Source: Octopus sinensis (lineage: Eukaryota). Taken from it: 64,000 nt of DNA. The first letter of the stretch is position 1, and every line of letters begins with the position of its first letter. The notes beneath the pieces were generated by a model that saw only the letters and a program-made list of their open reading frames with translations, ran no database searches and was not told the origin of the DNA. The position numbers were made by a program, and so were the translations under genes. Below, one piece after another: positions 1 to 13,529 of the stretch. The stretch is taken from assembly GCF_006345805.1 (NCBI RefSeq), contig NC_043011.1, forward strand, positions 17,062,464-17,126,463, read 5' to 3'.

Positions 1-221
1 GTACCACCTGACTGGCCTCCATGCTGGTGGCACATACAAAGCACCCACTACACTCTTGGAACGGTTAGCGTTAGGAAGGGCATCGAGCTGTAGAAACTCT
101 GCCAAATCAAGATTGGAGCCTGGTGCAGCCATCTGGTTTGCCAGCCCTCAGTCAAAATCGTCCAACCCATGCTAGCATGGAAAGCGGACGTTAAACGATG
201 ATGATGATGATGATGATGATG
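1..221 (+). mobile_element. SINE family B, 3' part with (GAT)n tail
   Basis: aggaagggcatc-agctgtagaaac core and ccatgctagcatggaaagcggacgttaaac(gat)n end, recurring at 14705, 27705, 39557, 40348 and 56440. Confidence 0.85.
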
Positions 222-627
222 AACGTTTGTGACATAATGAAAAACACTTCTACTTCAGAAAATGGAATGAAGCCTATTATAGCTGGTAAATATTTAGTTG
301 GCAAAACTGAAAAAAAGAAAAAAATGGAAAAAGAAAGACATTGGTTTTAGAATTCTTTGTTGTAGATACAAACATTAACAAATATATTATTATAAAATTA
401 GAGAAACTTCTTGTTCGGAGTAATAAAAAAGACAAACAAAAAAATTTCTTATGTTTTAATATGTTGAAACGATTTCAGATATACTTGTCATGGGAATTTG
501 ATTATAAATTACTTGTTTTATTTGATTGTCATTTATCAAAACCTAAGCAAGTATGTACTTTAAAAGAGAAGAATCCAACAAAATATGCAAGAATTTAAAT
601 GTTTCAATGCAGACCCAACGGAAAAAG

Positions 628-794
628 GATATATATATATATATATATACACACACATTAAATATGTTTACATATGTATACATACATATACATACATGCT
701 CACATGCACACACACACACACACATATAGATAGATAGTTATTTAATATATTCAAGTATATATATATATATAAAGAGGGGGATAAAGGGGGATGG

Positions 795-827
<33 letters not shown>

Positions 828-979
828 TACACATTAAATATGTTTACATATATATACATACATATACATACATGCACACACACACGCACACACGCACATG
901 TATAAATAGATAGATATTTAATATATTCTAGTATATATATATGCATATATATATACCAAAAGAGGGGGATAAAGGGGGA
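628..979. repeat. Tandem duplication (2 copies, ~165-185 bp) of a microsatellite-rich unit
   Basis: acacattaaatatgtttacatat...aagagggggataaaggggga occurs at ~628-791 and ~795-979. Confidence 0.85.
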
Positions 980-1385
980 AGGAGACCAATAGGTACATAC
1001 ATACATAAACACCTGGATACAGTTATACATACAAGCATAAAGACACATACACAGCACACATAAATAAATATATACAATATGTGATATTTCTGAATTTCTA
1101 TAGCTCTAATGCAATATGTGAATATACATGATGTTGACTATAAATCATTTGTGTATTATATCGCATATAATCAGTATTTAAATATTAAGGTCAACTTGAG
1201 GAGGCTGTTCAATATAAGAAGCTGCAAGTCCCAAAGAGTATTGTTAATATAGCATATTCCAATGAACCTAAACTAAAATTGAAATAAAATTATGGAGACT
1301 ATGGGTTAATGAATATATATATATGTGTATATATATAGACAGACAACACACACACATATATATATATAGATATATAGATATGTAT

Positions 1386-1657
1386 ATATACACAGACAAC
1401 ACATACGATTGATTGCTTGCCACTAAACCCTTTTTATTTTCTCTCTCTGCTTATTTCTGTATTCTTTTCTGTTGAAGAGCATTGGCTAGAAGTGTAAAAG
1501 ACTTTCTCACTTTCTGTTTGTTGTTTACACACCTGTCTTTGTCTTCTGTTTTGTTCTTGTTGTAATTTCCAACTATATATATATATAACGGGAAGCTTTA
1601 TGAAAATAGACAAAAGACGAAGGCAGGTGGGAAACAAACAAACAATTGTATTAGTAT
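1386..1657. mobile_element. Penelope-like terminal-repeat remnant followed by a short inverted copy
   Basis: ttctgttgaagagc...acacctgtctttgtcttctgttttg, then inverted gacaaaagacgaaggcaggtg; same family at 21815-21870, 28735-28862 and ~58840-58945. Penelope assignment is by recall and the degenerate (c)tgaagagc..gctc-gaaacg motif. Confidence 0.5.
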
Positions 1658-1659
1658 AC

Positions 1660-1717
<58 letters not shown>

Positions 1718-1748
1718 CGTGTGAGTGTGCATATGTATATATTAGATT

Positions 1749-2254
1749 GACCCCCTTCGGTCATGAATGACCATGGTATTGCACCTAGAAAGTTACCCTC
1801 CAAGGCACAAGTCTGGGCAAGGTTGTTTATGGAAGCCCAGCAGTCACCCACGCATTCCAGCCTCCCTTCTCCATGCCATCGATATTATCCAAGGGAAAGG
1901 CAAAGGGGCCGATACAGCTTGGTACCAGTGATGTCACAGCTCATTTATTAACGTGCAAGTGGTTGAGCACTCCACAGACACATGTACCCTTAACATAGTT
2001 CTCGAGGAGATTCAGCGTGACACAGAGTGTGACAAGGCTGGCCCTTTGAAATAGAGGTACAACAGAAACAGGAAGAAAGAGTGAGAGAAAGTTGTGGTGA
2101 AAGAGTACAGTAGGGTTCACCACCACCCCCTGCCAGAGCCTCATGGATCTTTAGGTGTTTTCGCTCAACAAACACTCACAATGCCTGGTCTGGGAATCAA
2201 AACCATGATTCTATGACCGTGAGTCCACTGCCAGAAACACTGAGCCAGTGCCTC
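1749..2254 (-). mobile_element. Mosaic tRNA-derived SINE (F head, D middle, E tail)
   Basis: Segments match family F (50780-50973), D (4990-5112) and E (56744-56940); second copy at 53711-54160. Confidence 0.85.
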
Positions 2255-2257
2255 CAT

Positions 2258-2301
<44 letters not shown>

Positions 2302-2340
2302 TCATCATATATATATATTCACACACATATACATATATAT

Positions 2341-2720
2341 ACCTTTCATGTGTTTCAGTCATTAGGCCATGGCCATGCTGGAGCACCACATTAAAGAAAT
2401 TTTAGTTGACTGAATCAACCCCAGGACTATTTTTTAAAGCTTGTTATTTATTATATCAGTCTTTATTGCTAAGCCCTTAAGTTTCATGGATATAAACACA
2501 CCAACACCGGTTGTCAATGAGTTGAGGGGAACAAAAAAACAAACACACACACACACACATACATGTGATTGGCTTCTTTCAGTTTCTGTCTACCAAATCT
2601 ACTCACAAGGCTATGGTTGGCCCAAGGCTATAGCAGAAGACACTTGCTCAAGGTGTCTCATAGTAGGACTGAACCTGGAACCATGTAGTTGAGAAAGAAA
2701 CTTCTTACTACACAGCCATG
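2341..2720 (-). mobile_element. SINE family A (tRNA head, CORE-like centre, internal TA/CA microsatellite; resembles octopus OR-type SINEs)
   Basis: Diverged copy of the element at 12510-12922 and 34409-34780. Confidence 0.8.
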
Positions 2721-2948
2721 ACAGTATATAATATACTTATATAACACACTCATATATAATATATATATGTATATATATATATATATATATACATATACAC
2801 ACACACACACATATGTATATATATATATATATTTACATATACATATATATATATTTACATATACATACATATATATATTTATATATACCCATATTTATAC
2901 GTGTACATATACATACACACAAGTACATGTATATTAAATGTGTGTTTT

Positions 2949-2983
<35 letters not shown>

Positions 2984-4861
2984 TGTGTGTATATATATAT
3001 ATATATATTAATGCTTTTATATGTGTGTATGTGACTGCGTGCAGATGTATGTATGCATGTGTGCATACTATGTAAATATTTTAAAAACATTATGCTTTGT
3101 TACATAAGAGCATTACCTGAAAGGACTTCATCAGCTTATACAATAGATATAATACAGCTTAAACAAACAACTAGGTCGATATACATATGTGTGTGTGCAT
3201 GCGTGTGTGTATGTGTCTGTCTATATGTGTGTGTGTGAGTGTGTGTGTGTATTTATATATACATATCGGTAAAATAACAATCGTTTATAGCTTACTCTAA
3301 AGTTCAAGATAATAGGAATGTATTTGAATTGGGAAATTAATAGGATATACTACAACTTGAAATTCTTGAAATACATTTCAGCTAATATATATTGAAGTAA
3401 GAATGAAGGCAGCATTTAATGGCGAAAATACAAGATTTGGGTGTCTTTTTGATAGTGGTAGCAATTTTGAAGAAAAGCACTTAAGTGACTGCTACTTGAA
3501 ATTCATGAAGCTATTAGGAGAAATATATTTCGGTGTATTTGAATAAATGTACAGTAAAATTCACAAGTCTTAGAATATTTTGAATCATTATCGAAAATTG
3601 TTATTTGATATTTGTTTACGTTTGTATATTTTCTTTCAAGAATTTGTGATAAAAAAATACAAGTAAAATACACAATAAAGAATCAATAGTGATGTATCTA
3701 GGGATGATCATATAAATATCATTGATATCTCCTTTGTTGGTCATCATAATAAATATAGATGGGAGATTTGTGATTAGGCAATTTTGAATATATCTTTTGT
3801 ATTTACATTACTAAGGAAATTGTATTTCGGTATTTTTACATGGCTTAAGTAAACTTCATTGAAGTTACCATTATTCTGGATTAGGGAATAGAAGAATAAA
3901 TGTAGCTAATCAAATATTTTTTTTACAATGTGGTAAATAGAAAATAAATAAAACATTATGGTTACATGAGTATAGTAGAAGCAGAAAATTTATCTTTCAA
4001 GCTATGGAAATTCTACTGATGTATTCTAAACAGGTGAATCATGTGAATGATTATAAGAAGATGATAATGTGCTTGGAAAGTTCACACTGCAATCCAGCAG
4101 TTTGGGTTTATACACAGTGTGTGGCACCGTGGGCAAGCATTGGGGTTGATCAATACAGGTGCAAGAAATTTGATCAATGGAAAGTGCATGATGGGCTACC
4201 ATCTATGCATGTGCATGTACATATGTGTCTCTCTCCTCTTCTCTGCATGAGTGTGTGTGAATACATATACATACATATATATATATATGTCACTTTGATC
4301 ACCGTCCCCGACCAGGCTATCAGATGTTGCTACACATCGCTGGTCACAATGCGCTTCACCTTGTTTTAGCCTTCAAATGATGCCATCCCACTGGCTAAGC
4401 GAGGATCATATTTCACCACCTCATCTCATGTCCTGCTAGGTTCCCCCTCTTCCGCAGCTTCCCACTAGCTAGAGATCAACACTTCTTTATGCAGTTTATG
4501 TGTATATTTCATATATATATATATATATATGTATAATTATTATTTGAGGGTATAAAATCCAAAATACAAGGAAAAAATTCAATTTAGAAATACTAAATCA
4601 AATTTCACACAATATAATATATATATATATATATGCACTAGCTGAATTACCCGGTAATACCTGGAAAAGCAGGGGTTATTTCCAGTTCCCATTCCTATTA
4701 CACTGTTACATATCCTATCCCATTCCCTGTTCAGCTCCCATTTTAGTTCTGCTCCCATTCCTATCCCCAATCCTATGTCAGTATATAAATTTTAGAATCA
4801 GTTAGGTGTAATTAAGCCATTAAATATCTTATTGACCTTTATGGTAATAGTTTATTGTTAG

Positions 4862-5188
4862 TGCGTGGCTTAGCGGTTAAGGTACCAAGCTCATGATTGT
4901 AAGGTCGTGAGTTCAATTCCCGACAGTGCATTGTGTTCTTGAGCAAGACACTTTATTTCCCATTGCTTCAGTCCACTCAGCTGGCAAAAATGAGTTGCAC
5001 CTGTATTTCAAAGGATCAGCCTTGTCACACTCTGTGTCACGCTGAATCTCCCCGAGAACTACGTGTTAAGGGTACATGTGTCTGTGGAGTGCTCAGCCAC
5101 TTGCACGTTAATTTCATGATCAAGCTGTTCTGTTGATCGTATCAGCTGGGACCCTCATCGTTGCAACCGACGGAGTGCTCCTTCCTTA
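4862..5188 (+). mobile_element. SINE family D
   Basis: A box tggcttagcggtt and B box gagttcaattcc, then gtgttcttgagcaagacac; other copies at 45598-45885 and 55862-56140. Confidence 0.8.
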
Positions 5189-5747
5189 GTGTTAGAAATA
5201 GGTATTACAAATAATTAAATAAACAAGTTGGTGAATAAGAGATGTCTCTATATTATTTTAACAAATGAATATGCATCTGAGTAAAATAAATTAGATAAAT
5301 AGATACATTTACAAACACATTGACAAATAGTCCATGTATTGTAGCTGGCATTGCCATGTGCCGTAACTTATCGTAGCTGATTTGTAAACATGTGCTACAG
5401 ACTCCTTCCCTAGGGGGCCCATTATAGATTTTTATTGAAATCCAATTTGTCTATAATTCAACTGGATGTTAGGAAGAAATAAATAACAAAATCGGATTTA
5501 ACGTGGAAAATTATTTCCATATACCAAATTTGAAAATTTTGACGTAATTTTAAAATTTGACATTATGTGACAGCAACAAGAAAGACCCTACAAAAGTAGA
5601 AAGACAGACAGTTATAGGACGTGACAACACACACACACAAATTTGCAAATGTATACACTGGTAATCACAAGTTTAAAATAGGGTGTGGTAGAAGACATAT
5701 GTATGTATGTATGTATGTACGTATATATGTATATATATATTCTTTAG

Positions 5748-6147
5748 TCTTTTACTTGTTTCAGTCATTTGACTGTGGCCATGCTGGAGCACCACCTTTA
5801 ATCAAGCAACTCGACCCCGGGACTCATTCTTTGTAAGCCCAGTACTTATTCTATCCGTCTCTTTTTGCCAAACCGCTAAGTGACAGGGACATAAACATAC
5901 CAGCATCGGTTGTCAAGCAATGCTAGGGGGACAAACACAGACACACAAACACACACACATACATATATATACATACATATATACGACGGACTTCTTTCAA
6001 TTTCCGTCTACCAAATCCACTCACAAGGCTTTGGTCGGCCGGAGGCTATAGTAGAAGACACTTGCCCAAGGTGCAACGCAGTGGGACTGAACCCGGAACC
6101 ATGTGGTTGGTAAACAAGCTACTTACCACACAGCCACTCCTGCGCCT
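5748..6147 (-). mobile_element. SINE family A, full length
   Basis: Starts ggcgcaggagtggctgtgtggtaag on - strand and ends gactgaaacaagtaaaaga. Confidence 0.9.
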
Positions 6148-6620
6148 ATATATATATATATATATATATATATGTAGGTGCGTGTGTGAGAGTGTTTCTT
6201 TGTGATGGACAGCATAACAACCACCTACTCCTCTCTCCTTAAAGCTATGTATTCATCACACCTACCTATCTGTGTGTGTGTGTGTGTGTTGTATCTATGT
6301 ATTTACAAAAGTATGTATGCAGTGTTGTGTGTATATGACAGCTTTATTAACATTACCATCCCATTCTCCTTACAGTTCTCACCTTCATTGATATAAACCA
6401 CCCTCAGTTACTAACTTTCTCTTACTACATCAGACTTATACTTTTTACAACCTTCTCATTTTATCATATAATTCGACCATACCCCTGGGGGCCACATTAT
6501 AAATTTTTATTGAAATCCAATTGAAGTGGATGTGAGTGTAACATGTATGCAACGTTTCATGAATATTGGTTAGTTGTTTTGGCACTAACATGGCAACAGA
6601 TAGACGGACAAACAGACATG

Positions 6621-6656
<36 letters not shown>

Positions 6657-6861
6657 CAGCACAAAGTTTTGTCAGTGAACAGGTCGTGGTCTCAAAAATA
6701 TTTTGACAAATTAAATTTAAATGTTGAAGTGAATCTAATGGTTTTTGTGTGTTTCTTAAATGGCTTATAAACACCTTCCACGCTGCAATTGTTTTCGTTC
6801 CAGCACACGATCTCAGATCAAGTCACTCGCTATGCAAGTACATCTCCATAACATATATATA

Positions 6862-6936
<75 letters not shown>

Positions 6937-6955
6937 ATATATTTATACATATATA

Positions 6956-7190
6956 CAGTAGTGGGCAAAAGTAGGTATATAGTTGTTTAATATGAATTAA
7001 ATGTTCCTTTCATTTCTCTATTTCTTTTTTAAGATAAGAATTTTATGATACTATGTTCTTTTTATTATAGAATAATTACTCCTAATTTTGGATGTTTATT
7101 ATGTGGCTGGAAATCTCATGAACAATGAACGAAAATAGATCATCAAGAAGTACAGGTTAACAGAGTATGCAGAAATGGACAGAAGGATTT
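6956..7190 (+). mobile_element. Possible Tc1/mariner-superfamily left end
   Basis: TA|CAGTAGTGGGCAAAAGTAGG TIR-like start; no partner TIR found. Confidence 0.3.
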
Positions 7191-7450
7191 CAAAGATCAG
7201 CAGGTGGTGTTCCAGCATGGTGACAGTCAAATGGCTAACATTGGTAATAGAATAAAAGAAACATAAACATTATGGCCCAAAAATAGATAACATGTCTTGC
7301 TGTGTTTATGTTGCATTAAGTTCTGAATTCAAATCTGCCTCTTTCAAGTATCTTTGTCATCCTGAAGCTTGATAAAAATAAGAACCATTTAAGTTCAGAG
7401 GTTTAAGCATAAACAACTCACCCACTTATGTGGAAAAAGTTGTGGGCAAC

Positions 7451-7840
7451 TGTAGTTAAATCCATGCCCGACCGTGGGTCATCTGGAGTTATCTCCCCTG
7501 GTCACATTGTTAACAACGAGGTGGCGCTCGTGAAAAGGGGATAAAAGAGGAAGCAGCCTCTTCTTGCACACCAGGCAGCTTGCTGCTAACTGCTTCGTCT
7601 CACTCTCTGCTACTAGACTACACATGCAGATTTGAATCGAGTGGAATGCTCTATACCTGTCATGGAAGGCGACAAGACGAAAACTTTTTCTTGTTCAACT
7701 TTATTCTGTTCTGTAAAATGTTAAATGTTCCAGCTGCATACGAATGCTCTCCTCCCGGATCGGAATAAACATACCATGTACATGAAGGCCTCAAAAACTC
7801 ACATGAATTGTTGTTGTTTTTCATTGGATTAACTCTTACA
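7451..7840 (+). mobile_element. Probable solo LTR (390 bp)
   Basis: TGTA...TACA termini, TATA-like ataaaag at ~7541, AATAAA at 7764, higher GC than flanks; only a degenerate 5-bp flank (gcaac/gctat). Confidence 0.55.
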
Positions 7841-7929
7841 GCTATCGAAGGATTACCGGATATTTGATCAAATGATCAAATTAGTGGGCTTTAAGCTCAC
7901 TAAGTCAATGTGAAGAATTGTGGTTTTAA

Positions 7930-8116
7930 GGGTATTGTGAAAGGCCTGGTTTGAGGCCCAATTTCCGAATTCTTTTACAGGAATTAGAAAAACTGAAGGA
8001 CTACGGCAATAAGTGTATGAATTTGAGAGGGGGGAATATGTTGAATAAGATCATAATTAACTGAGACCCCTGTATTTTCTTTTACCCAAAGCCAGGAACT
8101 TTTCAGCACCCCCTCG
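7930..8116 (+). mobile_element. Mariner 3' end remnant
   Basis: Decayed transposase C-terminus (KLKDYGNKCMNLRG/EYVE*) and TIR aacttttcagcacccctcg|TA. Confidence 0.75.
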
Positions 8117-9133
8117 TAAACCACAAATTTAAAGCTTATATTTTTGGTAAATAGATGTTTTCTAGTTTTTAATTAGATTATTGAAATGATGATTTGTTTG
8201 CTTCATTAATTCTCATTTATATGTTTTACAACACTATAAAAAAAAAATTGGGGATTTGAATTAAAATGAAATGTAAATTTAATGCCATGATTAATATATA
8301 AATAATGTCTACTTATGCATGGTACTGTAGATCAGAAGATCTGAAATTAATTTAATTAATACTAAAGCGTTACTGTGGTTTGAATAAGAACATAAACAAA
8401 TTCTTTCAATACTTCTGATGTGCAAAAACGAGGGTCTCTTCTGATGGGCTATTTCATGATCTGTTGACTCTCTCTTGGCTTCCTTCCCCAATCAATGGCA
8501 TTGATCAGCTGCTTATAAACCGTCATGAATTAGGTTAGCAGCAAGGTGGATAGCCTAAATTGAATATTTGTGCTTTTGATGGTTCATCATTAATTAAAAT
8601 GTATTCATGCACAGCAAAAAATCAGAAGCAAAGTGAAAATTTACAAAGCCTTACTTTGGGTATTAAAAATAAAAATGCAAATTTATTCTTTCAATATTTT
8701 AACAAAATTTATTGCTACAAAGTATGTTCTCTTTAATATATTTTTTTGGCACAATTTTGTTTTAGTTTGTTTAGCCTCTCAAAGTGTAAACATTTCAGAA
8801 AGGACAAATATGTCCAGCATTCTTTCTCTATTCAGGCATCATAGTTTGAAGGGCTAGGAAAAGGAAAAGTCACAAGCCTGAAAGGTGGACATAGGGGAAA
8901 GGTAATATTCAATAAGAACAGATCAAGTGCTTCTCTCTCAGTTATGTTTGGCATGGCATGGTGATTGAAGATATGATGGGGAGATGAGAGGGTATGAAAG
9001 ATGTTGGGGGTGATGAGAGGGTATACAAGAGGTTGTATGCATTGCACAATAAAAAGGAGAGATGCATGCATGATCTAGCTGTTTTAACCTTTTTACCTCT
9101 CTTGTGGGTCACGTTATACACAGGACAGAGATA

Positions 9134-9365
9134 GGTGGCGAGCTGGCAGAAACGTTAGCATGCCAGGCAAAATGCTTAGCGGTATTTCGTCTGCCGTTAC
9201 GTTGTGAGTTCAAATTCTGCTGAGGTCGATTTTGCCTTTCATCCTTTCAGGGTCGATAAATAAAGTACCAGTTTCGCACTGGGGTCGATGTAATCAACTT
9301 AATCCCTTTGTCTGTCCTTGTTTGTCCCCTCTATATTTAGCCCCTTGTGGGCAATAAAGAAATAT
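9134..9365 (+). mobile_element. SINE family C
   Basis: ggtggcgagctggcagaaacgttagc head, gagttcaaatt B box, gcctttcatcctttcagggtcgataaa centre, aaagaaata end. Confidence 0.9.
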
Positions 9366-9644
9366 ATATATATATATATACAGGACATATTTCTCTAGCA
9401 TCTCTGCATCATTTGATATACTATGACAGGGATTTGAAACCAAACTGCTAGTAACTGTTCTTACATCACGACCAAACCACAGTTGTTTCACATGATAAGT
9501 CTGTTAAGTAGCCAATAAGTATGAAGCCATCACTTGATTCAATCTTTTAGAATCCTTTCCTTGTACTCTATAATAAAAGAGCCACTTTTTGTTCCCACAC
9601 TCTTGCCAGCAGAATGCTGAGGCAGCTGTGATGTGTATTCTTAC

Positions 9645-9876
9645 CACACCAGTCAGCCCATGCAGATGACCAAGAGATATATTTTCATTCATCATGTCAA
9701 CCAATCATCACCAAAGACCAGCTGACAACAAAAAAGAGTAACATCAGTGACTCACAACTATGAGAAGATCAAAAGGAGCAAAAGCCACCACACGTGTAGT
9801 TCTATCTACTGCAACACCTACCTGTACAAACTACAACATCAAGAACACTGTTAGCCCAGGCGCATCTTCCATCTTG
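9645..9876 (-). other. Two candidate exons (9876-9822 and 9721-9645) separated by a 100-nt intron; coding status unclear
   Basis: tttctgtttcaag|...TACAG|gtaggt and ctcttttttgttgtcag|...GTG|gtaaga; first exon reads QDGRCAWANSVLDVVVCT but the spliced frame stops soon after. Confidence 0.3.
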
Positions 9877-10202
9877 CTTGAAACAGAAATGAAATCTACT
9901 CTTCGACATGAGGAAACTCTTCTCTCATATGTGATTCCGGAGTGAAGCTGATCTCAAACTTCTCCAATCTTTTCATATCCTTTCATTCGTGAGGTTTCAA
10001 CTAATTTCTATTCCAAAAAGAATGGCAACTTTAACTGTCCCATCCATTTCTTCTGAAAATAGTAATAGCTTAGCAATTCAAGCTGCTTTGTCCTTCATTT
10101 CTCCTATTTATGCTGGAAATCCTTCCCCTTGGTTTTCTCAGTGAATGAAATTTCTTCAAATATGCATCAGTTTCACCTTTTAGTCTGCCTTTTGCCTCCT
10201 GC

Positions 10203-10735
10203 AAAAGATTTTCTAGCTAGAAAGGGTATGGCCAGGTCAGCCTGTAATGATATGCATAAGATCTGGTCATCAAATCTAAGTACAGACTTCAAACTTAAAA
10301 TCTTCAAAGCCACAGTTGAACCAATTCTACTATATGGCTCAGAAACCTGGATGTCATCAAAGAAGCTTGAGAGGCGGTTGGATGGAGCTTACACTCGTTT
10401 CCTTATGAGAGCTCAAAATCTCTCGTGGAAGCGTCATCCAACCAAAATACAAATATATGGAAAACTACCACCTGTACCATCTCTTGTGAAAGGTAGAAGA
10501 GTCCAGTTTGCTGGACATTGTTGTAGAGCTGAAAACGAGGTAATTTCTACTCTTCTCCTCTGGAAGCCATCTACTCGCGATAACAGAGGGTGCACACTTT
10601 CCTACCCTGTTGTAATCTCCAGGGATACAGGCATCCAGCAACTGGACATTCGTAATGCTATGATGGTCCCTGAAGTCTGGCGTAACATAGTAAATTCCAT
10701 TGTCTCGACCACGGTCGAACAATGATGATGATGAT
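10203..10735 (+). mobile_element. 5'-truncated RTE-clade LINE (post-RT C-terminal region)
   Basis: KIWSSNLS..KLKIFKATVEPILLYGSETW...RRVQFAGHC; (GAT)n tail; TSD tgcctcctgc/tgtctcctgc. Confidence 0.9.
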
Positions 10736-11829
10736 TGTCTCCTGCTTTAAGCAGTGAAGTCAAAGATTTGATTACCAAACATAACTAATACTTTATATTC
10801 CAACACAGATGACTACTGAACAGTAAGAGTCAGCAAACACCATTATATTATAATATACAGTCTACTGTGTGTATACAGAATATATCAAGGGAACTGAAAA
10901 ATTTCTTCAACAGAAAAAGCTGCTAACATGGACCAGACAGTTGTATTTTGTGGCCCAGCAGAAGCTGGCAACACAAAACTGAATTGCAATAAACTGTTTT
11001 ACATACACGACTTTGCAAAGAGACTCTCAATTACTTTTCTTGAGCATATTTTTGTATACTTTGCATCTCAATTGTTATTTTAACAAATAAAAAAAAAAGA
11101 AGATTACCCTGCCCTGCAAATGACATTTGTTCAAAAACATGTTTACATACTTGTAGCAGACATGTCCAAAGTTAAAAAAAACTTTTCTGTTGGCTTCAAT
11201 TGCAGTCTATTTCACACACATATACACATTACATGGTGTTCCATATTTCTGGGTGATTTACACCACCTTTTTTTTATATATTATATATTACCCTTAATTT
11301 TCATTTCTAAAAGCTGTTATTTCAATTCCATGTGTTTCATATTTTAAAACCAGTTTGAATATTTGAACTTTGAACATGGACAATATTTTATTTGCTTTCA
11401 TTTAGATACATCCGTTTTTGCTATTGTAGATTCCAGTCTGATTTGGTACTGTTTCTATGGCTGGATGCCCTTCCTAATGCCAACCACTCTAAGGGTGGGA
11501 TAGGGGCTTTTATATGCCATTCATATGATACAACTACAATTTCACTTGGCTTGATGGGTCTCCTCAAGCACAGCATATTGACAAAGGTCTCAGCCATTTG
11601 TTATTGTCTCCATGAGGCCCAGCACACAAAAAATGCATTTTACATGCCACCGATATGGGTGCCAGTTACGCAAGACCAGCATCAGCCATATTACCTCCAT
11701 GAGACTCAATGTTCAAAAGGTGTTTTTTAGGTGCCAGTTACAATTTCACTTGACTTGACGGGTCTTCTCCTGTATGACATATTGCCCAAGGTCTCACTCA
11801 CCAGTCATTGCCTCCTTGAAGGCCAATGC

Positions 11830-12280
11830 TTGAAGATCATACTTTACCACCTGGTCCGACGACATCCTTCCACTGATAAAGATTGGCACTTTTTCACACG
11901 CTGTCCACATCCATACACATCACATGATCATACTAGCACAGTCATCTCTCTTGCACACCACATCCAATGCCTCTTATGCTAAACCTTTCTCTCAAGATAC
12001 TTACACTCTGTTGTACATGCACACTGACATTTCACATCCAGTGAACCATACCAGCTTCATTTCTTTCAAGCCTATGCATGTTATCAGTAGTCACAATCCA
12101 TGTTTCACCACTGTGTAGTATGGCTCTTTGCACGCAGGCATCATACACACTGTCTTTCATTCTGAGGAAGAGGCCCTTTGTTACCAGCAGAAGTAGGACC
12201 TATCTGAACTTTGCCCAACCTATTCTTATTCTAGCTGCTACACTACTGACTTGATCACCTAGGTAACAGAAGCTATCAAA
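11830..12280 (-). mobile_element. Decayed RTE LINE fragment (second family)
   Basis: - strand reads DSFCYLGDQV..ARIRIGWAKFR..VYDACVQRAILHSGETW..RLERNE, with stops. Confidence 0.8.
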
Positions 12281-12465
12281 TATTTAGTAGAAGCAACAGA
12301 GTAACTCAAGGGCTGAGTGTTTTGAGGATTGGCACTTGAGTCAATCTTTTGCTTCAGCTAATATTAATAAAATATACACATACTCATATTTTGAGTCCTA
12401 ATTCTCGTTTGCATCACCATACATATATATATACTGATATATATATATATATTATATATATATAT

Positions 12466-12509
<44 letters not shown>

Positions 12510-12511
<2 letters not shown>

Positions 12512-12922
12512 CATAGGAGTGGCTGTGTGGTAAGTAGCTTGCTTACAAACCACATGGTTCTGGGTTCAGTCCCACTACGTGGCACCGTGGGCAAGTGTCT
12601 TCTACTATAGCCTTGGGCTGACCAAAGCCTTGTGAGTGGATTTGGTAGGCGGAAACTGAAAGAAGCCCGTCGTATATATTTATATATATATATATATGTA
12701 TGTGCGTGTATATGTTTGTGTGTCTGTGTTTGTCCCCCCAACATTGCTTGACAACTGATGCTGGTGTGTTTACGTCCCCATAACTTAGCGGTTCAGCAAA
12801 AGAGACCAACAGAATAAGTACTAGGCTTACAAAGAATAAGTCCTGGGGTCGATTTGCTCAACTAAAGGCGGTGCTCCAGCATGGCCACAGTCATGTGACT
12901 GAAACAAGTAAAAGAGTAAGAG
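12510..12922 (+). mobile_element. SINE family A, full length
   Basis: Matches the other family A copies end to end. Confidence 0.9.
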
Positions 12923-13346
12923 TATATATATATGTATATATTACAATTCTGTACTGTTACTGTTTATATCTTGCTCAGAGATTTAATATAATTTATCTCT
13001 CTATTTATGAGGTCAGTGACAGTGTGTCGCTAGAAGAACGATAAAGTATTTTGCTAGTGGAACGAGTTCTTCATCACTAGTCAGTGATTAACACATACTG
13101 AAGACAGGTAACCACTCAGAAACCTGGGTCTATGTGCAACACGTAAGGCTACAGTTGGGAATGATGACATCCCTCACAAATACTTATTGGATACAGACTG
13201 TGTGTCTTTGGCCAGCTGGTGGAGATGTCTTCCTGGGGCTAAAAACAACAGTAACACCATTCTCTATAGGACTGCTACATTTAGTTGGCAAATATATTTT
13301 ATGATATTTATATGTGTGTGTGCGGGTGTACATAAATATACATACA

Positions 13347-13529
13347 TGAGGAGAGGCTGTAAAGGGTATCGTGAAAGGCCTGGTTGGAAAGCCAGCCTTC
13401 CGAGTTCTTTTACTGAAGGACTACTGCTGCAATAAGTCTGAGATGGGGAATATGTTGAATAAAATCATAATTAACTGATCCTCCTGTATTTTCTTGTACC
13501 CAAATCCAGGAACTTTTAGCACTCCCTCA
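13347..13529 (+). mobile_element. Internally deleted mariner, same family as 7930-8116
   Basis: Shares aaaggcctggtt...gggaatatgttgaataa...ccaggaactttt; degenerate TIRs. Confidence 0.7.

Larger units (their letters stand above)
4638..6650 (-). mobile_element. Probable non-autonomous Helitron with nested SINE insertions
   Basis: On - strand, 3' end ccaggtattaccgggtaattcagCTAG|t at 4638; Helitron-like 5' region (TA run, gtctgtttgtccgtctatctg, catgaaacgttgca) at 6540-6650. May be two separate elements. Confidence 0.45.

Noticed and set aside
543-3238. Many YI/CV/HT-rich ORFs here and at 6749, 25289, 46534 and 52546
   Set aside because: Translations of (TA)n/(CA)n microsatellites, open in several frames on both strands
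5910-6113. Recurrent ORF YDGLLSVSVYQIHSQGFGRPEAIVEDTCPRC (also 12543, 16473, 32132, 62836)
   Set aside because: Antisense reading of SINE family A, not a gene family
10129-10725. 198-aa ORF as a host gene
   Set aside because: RTE LINE fragment with TSD and (GAT)n tail; its N-terminus is flanking DNA
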